NCBI GenBank assembly: GCA_002269645.1
Contig: NIVC01001784.1
Location: 85,301 to 149,300, forward strand
Direction of reading: 5' to 3'
Source: Macrostomum lignano
Lineage: Eukaryota
DNA: 64,000 nt
Shown: positions 1 to 10,080 of the stretch, piece after piece
How the letters are laid out: each line of letters opens with the position of its first letter
Numbering within the stretch: the first letter of the stretch is position 1
Program-made: the position numbers and the translations under genes
Notes under the pieces: model-generated
Databases searched by the model: none
What the model was told of the DNA's origin: nothing
Seen by the model: the letters and a program-made list of their open reading frames with translations, nothing else

Positions 1-31
1 GCAGTCAATTTCCCACACCCTGAGCACGCAG

Positions 32-3000
32 AGATCGAAGCGTTCAGGGCACGGGTCCGTCTGACGGGCTGCAGCTCATTCTATACACCAGCACAGTTCC
101 AAAGGGGGAGATCTCTGAAACGGGCGACTACGTGATCACTTATCCGCCAACAAGAAGACGCACCGTAATGGAGCAGTTGAGCACAGTGTTTGGCAAAGCC
201 GGAGCCCAGAGCTCCAGCGGTATCCGAGTACTGCTACACGAGCCGGAAACCTATCCGCACCTGTACTGGGATGGGGTGGACGTTGGCAACGGCTGGAGCT
301 CCGATCTCAGATTTCGAATGACGCAAAATGTCTACGTGAATCGGTCTGGCAATCGTTGTGTTGACAACTACGGTAGCGTGTCCTATTGGGTGAGTTAAGG
401 TGAACTGACAAAATAGTATAGTGGACTAGCCATTTGCCCCTCCGCTGGAGTGGAGTTTCTGTTGTATAATATAAACTCTAATAATCACAATATTAAAAAA
501 TACCAAGTATAGCTTCTCCTAATGCCGTTACTTCTTAATACATTCAAAGCTTAATAGAAGCTAAGGAAGCTAGGGCTGTAGCCAGCTTAGTGGTTGGAGC
601 GTATGACTCACGACTGGAAGTTCGATTCTCGAACCATTCGGAACAATTTGTGTTCTTGAGTACATTGCATTGCTTCAGTTCAAGCAGCTGTAAAAAGGGT
701 GCCAGCATTAGCTGGGGTATTAAGGGTGGGTGTGGCGACCCCCCCCCCCAGTCCTTGGACTGAACAGCCGTACAACAACAACAACAAAATACGCAGCCCC
801 GCATGCAAGGTCACACTTAGAGCAGGGCGCGTCAGACGGCGCGCCACAGAGCATGAGAGCGGACGAAGTCCACTCCGTTGGCAGTGTCGGGAGCCCCGAC
901 GTCGCATAGGAGGCAGTCCACGTATCGACGGGTTCGGGCCTGACCCCGCCTGAACGGGCCCTGCAAGGTGAGCAGCAGGATGTCCTGAGCAGGGTGGGGG
1001 CAGAAGCCCTCGGCCCGGATCACGTGGCCCGCCAGTTGAAGTCGCCGCCGGCGCAAGATGATGGACGGGCGCTGCAGCTTGGTCCGATCGTACAGGGCCT
1101 CGGTTCCGACGCTCTCGTCAGCTCAAAAGGCCGCACGGAGCAGCCCTGAGTGCGCTGAGTCCAGCAGCCGCTCCATCGTAGCCGTCAGCGTCCACGTTTC
1201 GGCGTTGTGGAGCAGGACGGTTTCGACCACCGCCTTCCACAGCCGAGCCTTCTGGCGGTCGGGCAGCGCTTTGGACTGGGGGACGGCTCGGATCGAACGG
1301 AAGGCCGCTTCAGGCGAGTCCTTCCTCCACGTATGGCACCAGACTGTCGAGGTAGGTGAGCCGCTGGCTTGGTCGTCTGCCCATCTTCGCCGCGGCACGT
1401 TAGGTTCGCTGGGATGTCGGCCTTCAGCGTGTTGACAACCAGACCGGACGTCCGGACGTACGCAGCCTTCAGATGCGCCGCGCAATAGCTGCGGCTGTTG
1501 CGTCGGTTGCACATCTGGCCCAATTGGGTCACAGGGTCAGGTCAGAGAAGAACGTAGATCAAATGGGTAGTCTTGGCTGCTGTGAAATGATGACATGCAG
1601 ATGTCTTCATCCAAGAGCCACTGGAAGTAGAAGGTAAAGCTACATTTCGATTAACATACTGTCGCAGGTGGCGGAGCCGCATCAGCAGGTGCAGTTCAAG
1701 CGCCGCAGCCAAGACTGCGTGGTGCAGCTGTGGCAGGCCACTCTGAGACGCCTGTGCGGCTGCGAGTCCACCTTTCTGCCCAACACGAATCGCTCCAGAC
1801 TCTGCCACTACGTAGACTTCAGCTCCGCGTCAGCGACGCCTAACGTTGACTACGCCAGTCGGGCAAGTCGCAAGCTGCGCCAGTTGCAAAAGTACATCGA
1901 AGTTGAACGACGAGTTCGACAGACTATGTCGAACAAGTTTGTGGCCGACTGTGCTCGAGTGCAGGAGTGCCAGCGAAACAGTTATGCCTATTCTGCTTCG
2001 GCCGCACCCTGGCCTGCCTACTCAGATTTGGAAGCGTTTGTGCACACCTTTGTGATGGGACCGAGGGGCTCTCTGGCTGACAGGTAAGTTGAGAGCCATT
2101 TAATGTGATGGACGTTAGGGCTGGAGTTCTCTCTCATCTCTTCTCTCTTGCTATCTCTAATCTCATCTCTTCCCTCCTGTTATCTCTCATCTCATCTCGT
2201 CTCTTCTTTCATCTCTCATCTCATCTCGTCTCTCCCTCATATCTCATCTCATCTATTCTCTCCCTTCATCTCTCATCTCACTCTTCTCTCTTTTCATCTC
2301 TTATCTCATCTATTCTCTCGGGGGGGGGGGCGCAGCCTATGTTCTACGTTCTGATGTACTATAGCGCGGCCCAGGTTCGATTCCAAGTGCAGTCGCATTA
2401 ATTTGGGGCTAAATTGGAAGATCGGCTTGGCTCTGCTCGTGCAATTAACGCCCTTGAGGGCCAACCTTTAAGGCACGCTGTACACAGTGTGGGTGTGTGC
2501 CTGTGCGTATGACTGCATACGCATCTGCGTGCTTGTGTGCCTGCTCAGGGGAGTCGGCGGAATGGGCAGTAAGTCCTTTCGCCGGTTGTATGGTAATGTC
2601 GCTTAAATTGCCAAGGGTGCACACAGCCTCTTGCCTCTAATAAAAAATGTACACGACTGGAATGTCCTGAAACCTCCTGAATCTCGCACCAGAGAATTTC
2701 ACGGCATCCCGCTGCTGGACCTGATCCTGGACTACACCAACCGAACTCCCAACGGTGCGGTGGACCGGGCCACCGCGTGGAACACCAGCCTAAGATTCGT
2801 GCGCGAAAATTTTGTTAAACTGCACGTCTACGCCGAAGAATCGAAGGGCACGCTGATTCGCGAGTCGCCGTCTTATTCGTTTGTTGAGGTGCTCTCCGAG
2901 CTCGGCGGGATCGGCGGCCTGTGGGCCGGGATGTCGCTAGTGACTTTCGTTGAAGTGTTGGAGTTTCTGCTCCTATTCGGCGCAAAGTGCGTGCAAGCTC

Positions 3001-3275
3001 TGTGCAATTATTATCGATTTCGGAGCCGCTTCCGAAACGAGTTCAACGGTACGGTTGGTGGCAGCGGAGCCGGCGGTCTGCAAGCCAATTTAGGCAACAA
3101 GTGCTCGCATACCACAAGCGACGAGGAGAGCGAACTCATGGGCATTCTGTTTGAAGACACCGCCGCCGTCACCGCCACTTCGGATTCGGGCGCAGTCAAG
3201 GCTGCGGCAAGTTCAGCGATAGCAGCAACTCGATCCGAGGATAACAGTTCAGTACTGCAGGTGTCTGTTGTTTGA
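32..3275 (+). CDS. DEG/ENaC (ASIC/FaNaC-like) sodium channel, 3' part. Exons ~32-389, 1668-2083, 2627-3275; 5' exons lie outside the window
   Basis: Family motifs GPSDGLQLILY, GIRVLLHEP, Cys-rich CGC...CQRNSY..S...WP, NFVKLHVY and TM2 LSELGGIGGLWAGMSLVTFVEVLE. Donors gtgagt at 390 and gtaagt at 2084; acceptors at 1666-1667 and 2625-2626; phases 0 and 2 are consistent. Stop TGA at 3273-3275. The first acceptor (29-31) is tentative. Confidence 0.88.
573..1530 (+). mobile_element. tRNA-derived SINE, copy 1, interrupted by a LINE fragment at 774-1456
   Basis: tRNA-like head with A-box-like TAGTGGTTGGAGC and B-box GTTCGATTC (620-628). Body 573-773 plus 1457-1530 matches the reverse complement of the copies at 58420-58705 and 60870-61165. 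Confidence 0.8.
774..1456 (-). mobile_element. 5'-truncated RTE-like non-LTR retrotransposon fragment (ORF C-terminus, short 3' UTR, (TTG)n tail)
   Basis: Translates as KARLWKAVVETVLLHNAETWTL...LD, then RRRRLQLAGHVIR...WRAV*, typical of post-RT RTE C-termini. One in-frame TGA at 1123-1125. (AAC)n tail at 774-789. CGTAC is duplicated at 769-773 and 1457-1461. Confidence 0.8.
2125..2310. repeat. Degenerate (TCTCA)n pyrimidine-rich simple repeat in the ENaC intron
   Basis: Repeated tctca/tctct units visible directly. Confidence 0.8.
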
Positions 3276-3419
3276 ATAGCTTACAGTCGGAGTATTATAG
3301 TTTCTTTGTTAAGCATTTTTCAATATTTGCTTGCGTTCATCCTAGTTTTATTTTGTGTCTGAATGTAATTAAAAGTCCCATCTGTACACCTCCTTCAGTT
3401 ATCCATCTTAGCGGAACTT

Positions 3420-3712
3420 TGGGCATCAACCTTGGTTCCTCTTTGAGAACAACTCTAGTTTCTCATTGAGCATCAAAACCTGGTTCCTCTTTGAGCACCA
3501 ACCCTGGTTCCTGTTTGAGCACCAACCCTGGTTCCTCTTTGAGCACCAACCCTGGTTCCTCTTTGAGCACCAACCCTGGTTCCTCTTTGAGCACCAACCC
3601 TGGTTCCTCTTTGAGCACCAACCCTGGTTCCTCTTTGAGCACCAACCCTGGTTCCTCTTTGAGCACCAACCCTGTGGTTCCTCTTTGAGCACCAACCCTG
3701 TGGTTCCTCTTT
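3420..3712. repeat. 24-bp minisatellite (GAGCACCAACCCTGGTTCCTCTTT)n
   Basis: Direct tandem copies, giving 8-aa periodic ORFs. Confidence 0.95.
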
Positions 3713-4611
3713 GAGTTAAAGAGTTTGAGATGGTAATCTTCACCCCCATCAAATGCAATCATTGATTATGTGATGAATAAAAAGTTTTTCCTGTCTCCAC
3801 TGGGTACGTTTTTCTAAAAAATTGCAGGTCTTCAATAAAAAATTACAGTCTGTTTTACAACTCAGTAGTGCTCACTGCGGTCCTTCATTTACAGTTGTGC
3901 TCATACATGTATACGATTCCATTCTCGAATCTCAAGCTTTTAATTACACAGAATAGTCAATAACGCATCCTGTACCCTGTACAAATAACTTCTCAATCAG
4001 TCTGTGTAGCGATCACAGCTATAGCTATAATTTATAAACTTTTTTAAGATGAGCCCCCATTATTAGGGTGACAAAATCGATTAATTGCCTTGCGCTCCCA
4101 CTGATTCTCCCGATTCCCCTAAAAACCTATGCGCGTGCGACTGCAGGCTTGCAGAACCAATTTGTCACGGTCGAAGCTCTTCTGTCAATAGAAAATAAAT
4201 TATAGCATGCATATTTTGGTTAGACAGCTATAGTTTGAAATATTAAGTCTAGCCAGTTAATATAATAAAGATTATACTATTTCGCATTAATCCTAATCGT
4301 ACCAGAGGGGTAAGAGGGATTAATACAAGTCTTGTGAGTTTTTCTCCGTAGCGATATAGCTCTCGAATACACACGGAATCTTCTTAAAGCATGTTATGGA
4401 AATATAATAAAGCCACATACTGCAGTATGATCTTGATTGATCAGTTTTTAGCTCTGGCAAAATGCCCACTGTTTACAATTCAACTGCAGCTTAAATGCAA
4501 AGCTGTTACATACATAAGTGATTGATTGAATTTAATCTAGTTAAGTATAAGTAGCTGCATGCACATGACTAAATTTCTACAAGTACATTATTTTGAGAAA
4601 CGGTGCTTTTA

Positions 4612-5715
4612 GCCCTCATTTTGGCGCCGCAGACAGCTACACTCATTTTGGCGCCACATACTAGACAGCTACTCATTTTGGCGCCGCAGACAGCTAAACT
4701 CATTTTGGCGCCACATACTAGACAGCTATACACTCATTTGGCGCCGCAGACAGACACTCATTTTGGCGCCGCATTCTAGACAGCTATACACTCATTTGGC
4801 GCCGCAGACAGACACTCATTTTGGCGCCACATTCTAGACAGCTATACACTCATTTGACGCCGCAGACAGACACTCATTTTGGCGCCACATACTAGACAGC
4901 TACTCATTTTGGCGCCGCAGACAGACACTCATTTGGCGCCGCAGACAGACACTCATTTGGCGCCGCAGACAGCTACACTTATTTTGGCGCCGCGCAGGCA
5001 CGATCATTTGGCGCCGCAGACGGGCACACATTTTGGCGCCACATTCTAGACAGCTATACACTCATTTGGCGCCGCAGACAGACACTCATTTTGGCGCCAC
5101 ATTCTAGACAGCTATACACTCATTTGGCGCCGCAGACAGACACTCATTTTGGCGCCACATTCTAGACAGCTATACACTCATTTGGCGCCGCAGACAGACA
5201 CTCATTTTGGCGCCACATTCTAGACAGCTATACACTCATTTGACGCCGCAGACAGACACTCATTTTGGCGCCGCATTCTAGACAGCTATACACTCATTTG
5301 GCGCCGCAGACAGACACTCATTTCGGCGCCACATTCTAGACAGCTATACACTCATTTGACGCCGCAGACAGACACTCATTTTGGCGCCACATACTAGACA
5401 GCTACTCATTTTGGCGCCGCAGACAGACACTCATTTGGCGCCGCAGACAGACACTCATTTGGCGCCGCAGACAGCTACACTTATTTTGGCGCCGCGCAGG
5501 CACGATCATTTGGCGCCGCAGACGGGCACACATTTTGGCGCCACATTCTAGACAGCTATACACTCATTTGGCGCCGAAGACAGAAACTCATTTTGGCGCC
5601 GCAGACAGACACTCATTTTGGCGCCGCATTCTAGAGAATCTAGACAGCTACACTCATTTTGGCGCCGCGCAGGCACGATCATTTAGCGCCGCAGACGGGC
5701 ACACATTTTGGCGCC
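4612..5715. repeat. Complex minisatellite with core CACTCATTTTGGCGCC(GCAGACAG)
   Basis: Dozens of ~22-30-bp subunits with a higher-order repeat. Confidence 0.93.
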
Positions 5716-6589
5716 CTGAAGCAAAACTATTGAATTCCACAACAGATCACAAGGTGGTGTGGGGTCCAGGACAAAGCGTTGGCATGTCCCCCCATAGCTT
5801 TTCTGCCCCCACCCCTCCAGTGGCGACACCCCTGACCCCTGGAAGTACATGTATGTACGAGTATATAGAGTGTGATATTTCCCCAAGTAGCAACAATGTA
5901 GCCAAATCCATATTCCATATCAACTGTTTAGTCTTTTCTATATACTAATTTTGCGCTGTATTCGTGCGTGCGTGCGTGCGTGTAATTGATTTTTTCGAGA
6001 ATGGCTCAACCGATTCTCTTCAAACTTGCACCATTCAATCAGAAATTTTCCTGGGATGGTGCATGCATCTTGGCTAAGAAATTGATCAATATTAAAGGGA
6101 TTAAATATTCGAAAAACATGATTTTCTGCGAAGGTCAAGCAGCTCTTTCGACCTGAAATGCATTGTAAGAATGCTAGAGAAAAACCTGACTGACTGAATT
6201 TCAATTCTGATAAAGATTGCATCACAGCAAGTTGAAAACAGTGCCAAAGAAATGCACACACGACTTGATTTAAATTGCGTAACCATATTGCTAACTTAAA
6301 TTGAGACTGATACTGGCTGACTGAGAAATTGATTATGTCATAACTTTTTACTCTAACCGATTTGCTATAAGAATTGAATTATAAGGGCCACAATTCATGC
6401 TCTCCAATCGACAAGAGATAGCCTAGATGCGAACAGACTGGAATGCTAATGTAGCGACCTGGGTTTGAATCTTAGTAGTGCAAATCTTAGTAGTGTAAAA
6501 AAATAATTTTTTTATTAAAACATCTTAAAAACAAAATGCTAAACATAAAAGAAGCACAATGTCAAACAAAAGTGGCACCATTTCAAACA

Positions 6590-7190
6590 TTAAAGGCCAC
6601 CATGTCAAACATATATGTGACTCCATGTCTAACATTAAAGAGCCACCATGTCGAACATTAAAGAGCCACCATGTCGAACATTAAAGAGCCACCATGTCGA
6701 ACATTAAAGAGCCACCATGTCGAACATTAAAGAGCCACCATGTCGAACATTAAAGAGCCACCATGTCGAACATTAAAGAGCCACCATGTCGAACATTAAA
6801 GAGCAACCATGTCGAACATTAAAGAGCCACCATGTCGAACATTAAAAAGCCATCATTACAGATATTAAGGTGCCACCAGGTCAAACATTAAAGAGCCACC
6901 ATGTCGAACATAAAAGAGCCACTATGTCAAACATCAACGAGTCACCATGTCAAGCGTATACATGACTCCATTTCAGACATTAAAGTGCCACCATGCCAAA
7001 CATTAAAGAACCACCATGTCAAGCGTATAAGTGACTCCATGTCAGACATTAAAGAGCCATCATTGCAGACATTAAAATGCCACCAGGTCAAACATTAAAA
7101 AGCCACCATGTCAAACATAAAAGAGCCACCATGTCAAACATTAAAGAGCCACCATGTCAAACACAAAACAGCTACCATGTCAAACATAAA
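6590..7190. repeat. 23-bp minisatellite (AAAGAGCCACCATGTCGAACATT)n
   Basis: Period of 23 bp read directly. Confidence 0.93.
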
Positions 7191-7590
7191 TGGGGTGCCT
7201 ACTATCTTGGAGTGCTTGCTATCTGGAGATGCGTGCTATCTGGGGTGCTTGCTATCTGGGGGTGCTTGCTATCTGGGGGTGCTTGCTATCTGGGGGTGCT
7301 TGCTATCTGGGGGTGCTTGCTATTAGGTGGATGCTTGCTATCTGGGGTGCCTGCTATCTTGGAGTGCTTGCTATTAGGTGGATGCTTGCTATCTGGGGGT
7401 GCTTGCTATCTGGGGGGTGCTTGCTATCTAAGGGTGCTTGCTATCTGGGGGTGCTTGCTTTCTAAGAGTGCTTGCTATTAGGTGGATGCTTGCTATCTTG
7501 GGGTGCTTGCTATTAGGTGGATGCTTGCTATCTGGGGTGCCTGCTATCTGGGGGTGCTTGCTATCTGGAGATGCTTGCTATCTGGGGGGT
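7190..7590. repeat. ~17-bp minisatellite (GCTTGCTATCTGGGGGT)n
   Basis: Direct tandem copies. Confidence 0.93.
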
Positions 7591-9525
7591 TGCTTGCTGT
7601 CCTGGGATGTTTTCTTTTTGCATTGCACTTCATTTGAGCAGTTTTTCTATTGTCTATGTGAAGGCTTTTTTTTGGCCGTCTTTTGATACCTGTAGAGAGC
7701 CAGAGATTCTATCTAGATGCCCCCCATCGGGGGGGGGGCGAAGATTGCTAGTTATTTCTGAAATAAAATATCGGCAGTATAACTAGTGAGCTGAAGCTAG
7801 GCTTCTATAATTAGACTTTCTATCAACATGCAGAAAGTGACTAACAAATGAGTCAAAAATATGCATAGACAGTATATAGATTTGCCATGTAGGTAAAATC
7901 TCAAAGTCATATAAATTATAGAAATCAGGTTAAACAAATTTGCATATATTTATATAGCTAGCTTCTTTCAAATTGAAATGACACCTGGATTTTAGAATGC
8001 ACTTTTTAGTCAAAAGAAACTGTCATCAAATAATTATTTGCCTTACTAAAGAGACAGGCTAAAGACACCCAGGCAATCGGGTACTGGAAAGAGGCGTTAG
8101 CTAAATCCAGATTCATGTAAAAGGTATTAAAACTGACAGAGAACGAAAGCCGGCACTTCAGACAGACGGAAAGTACACATGTACATTCATGGAAAACTGG
8201 GCAGGGCAGGCCCAGAAAAAGGAAGCAATTATATAGCAATAGCTGTATAGACACAGTATACAGACAGGACAGCTTAGCGGCAGAGTGTTGCAATCACTCA
8301 AACTACAGTGCAACTACAGCTATTCAAAAATATCTACATATTTATTCTGGATAGTTGCTACGCGCGTTTTCTAGTTCTGCAGCAGCATCGAAGTTGAAAG
8401 AACTGCAATGAAAACATCATTATTTAACGAGGCTACATATATGAACTATTATAAATTTTTTAAGGCCGCTTTCACAAGTTTGAAACTTCACATTAGTCGG
8501 GACTAGAGAGAAGTGCCTTTAGCAAGACTTTTCTCTAAAATTTCAAATTTCGAGTTTAGGATGTTGATCGTTCTAGACTTTTAGTGGAAGTCATGGACAT
8601 CTGGGGGTGTTTCATAGACATTTAAAACTTTACAAGCGTTAACGGTTAGTATGTAGATGGTTGCCTTTTAATGATCCTGAGATTTTGGCCATAGACAATT
8701 GTTGACTACCAATTTTTCGACGATACGACATTTTGAGCTATAAAACATCCCCATCAGTACGACTCACTAAATGAGATTTAACAAAACAAGGTCAACGAAC
8801 AAATTCCCATAGGGGAATATTTGGCCGCGCTGAGAATATTACGCATTCATGGATATTATCTTATTCGAAATGTAAATACGATGAAAGTCTGCTTTATATC
8901 TATGGTTTTCAAGTTTGTCTAAACGAACTTTATAAAACTCATTGCAATGGCTGGTGAAATACATATAGCTGCATTACAATGCTAGGAAGCTAGAAATGCG
9001 AAACCGGTACAAACACTGGGAGAGTAATTTTTAACTCAAAACAAAGGACTGAAACAAGAAGCAGCGCAGCGGCTTACGCATCTTAGGAAAGAAGAGGCAC
9101 AGAGGCACGGTGGTAGGGTGACGGTAACGGCTGGAAAAGTACACAAAGACCTCTTGACTCGGTGGGCCGCACTATGAGTACGGCAGCACTGTACACCATG
9201 TTTTGTAGCGATGAAGCGATGGAACACAAAAGGTAACATTTTTAAGGTATGGAAGAAGACAGAGACTTGTACCAGGAGGGCGCTAAAAATCACAAAGACT
9301 TGGATAGGGTAGCGGACAGCGCTTAAATGTAAAGACGGCGGAAGTAACGGTATTGCAAGTTGTGACACAAGCAAAACACAGCTACATGTGCAAGGGTAGC
9401 TAGTGACAGACAAGCAAAGAATTGTCTCAATAGAGAAGCATGCAGCACAGCAGAGAACATCTGATTCAAGTTCCTGACAGCTTTCTTTTGTTATTTGTGC
9501 GCTCTCTGTTCTCTCTGACGGAGCA

Positions 9526-10080
9526 TCAAGACGCATGCATTGTAGGCGGCTCTTTTCTGCGCCGTTTCTCATCCGGTGCCGCTGCATTTTCCTGTCTATA
9601 AAACTGTCGCAAAAGCTCCACAGCTTCGTCCGCCAATAACCCAGCCTCAACAATCAGTGGAGGCAACTCCGGCAGCAGTCGAACATCCGAGTGAACATTT
9701 TCAACGCTGCCGCAGCCACCAAAACGTTCGTTGTGACCGCCAAAAACTACGCGTTTAAACGAGGCAAGTTGACGCAAGGCCGATGCGCACATAACGCACG
9801 GCTCAATGCTGACATAGAGAGCAGCGCCAGACAAAGCAACTAGCAGAGACTCAGCGGAATCTAAACGATCTCTCAGAGCATCGATCGCTACTAATTCGGC
9901 GTGTCTCGTAGCGTCTCGAGCTTCGTTGACACGATTCCTGCCGCTAGTGAGTTCAACGCCATTTCCATCTGCCGAGACAATCACGCAGCCGACTGGAACT
10001 TCGCCAGCTTCAAGTGCCTCATTGGCCAAGTTCAGGCAGCGGCGCATCCAAACTGTGTCAATAGTTCTAACTGAATCCAT
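9526..10080 (-). CDS. ADAT2: tRNA-specific adenosine-34 deaminase catalytic subunit (ADAT2/Tad2), single coding exon, 184 aa
   Basis: Zinc-deaminase motifs HAE and EPCVMC. Also GEVPVGCVIV, N..N...DAT.HAE, N.RFGGCGSV and LLRQFY..EN..AP, all characteristic of ADAT2. Confidence 0.93.
   Translation of the reverse strand: MDSVRTIDTVWMRRCLNLANEALEAGEVPVGCVIVSADGNGVELTSGRNRVNEARDATRHAELVAIDALRDRLDSAESLLVALSGAALYVSIEPCVMCASALRQLASFKRVVFGGHNERFGGCGSVENVHSDVRLLPELPPLIVEAGLLADEAVELLRQFYRQENAAAPDEKRRRKEPPTMHAS

Larger units (their letters stand above)
5937..7751 (+). mobile_element. Possible non-autonomous Helitron-like element carrying internal minisatellites
   Basis: 5' TCTATATACTAA followed by (GTGC)n and AACCGATT. 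3' GC hairpin GCCCCCC-ATC-GGGGGG... lies ~10 nt before CTAG|T (7748-7752). The base before the 5' TC is T rather than the canonical A, and the two ends may not belong to one element. Confidence 0.35.

Noticed and set aside
1601-1633. 33-nt cassette (cag|...|gtaaag) as an extra or poison ENaC exon
   Set aside because: It has an in-frame TAG in the required phase and would leave a 34-nt downstream intron. The flanking exons already join cleanly.
9036-9653. 205-aa minus-strand ORF overlapping the ADAT2 3' end
   Set aside because: No recognisable motifs; it is an alternative frame running into the 3' UTR.
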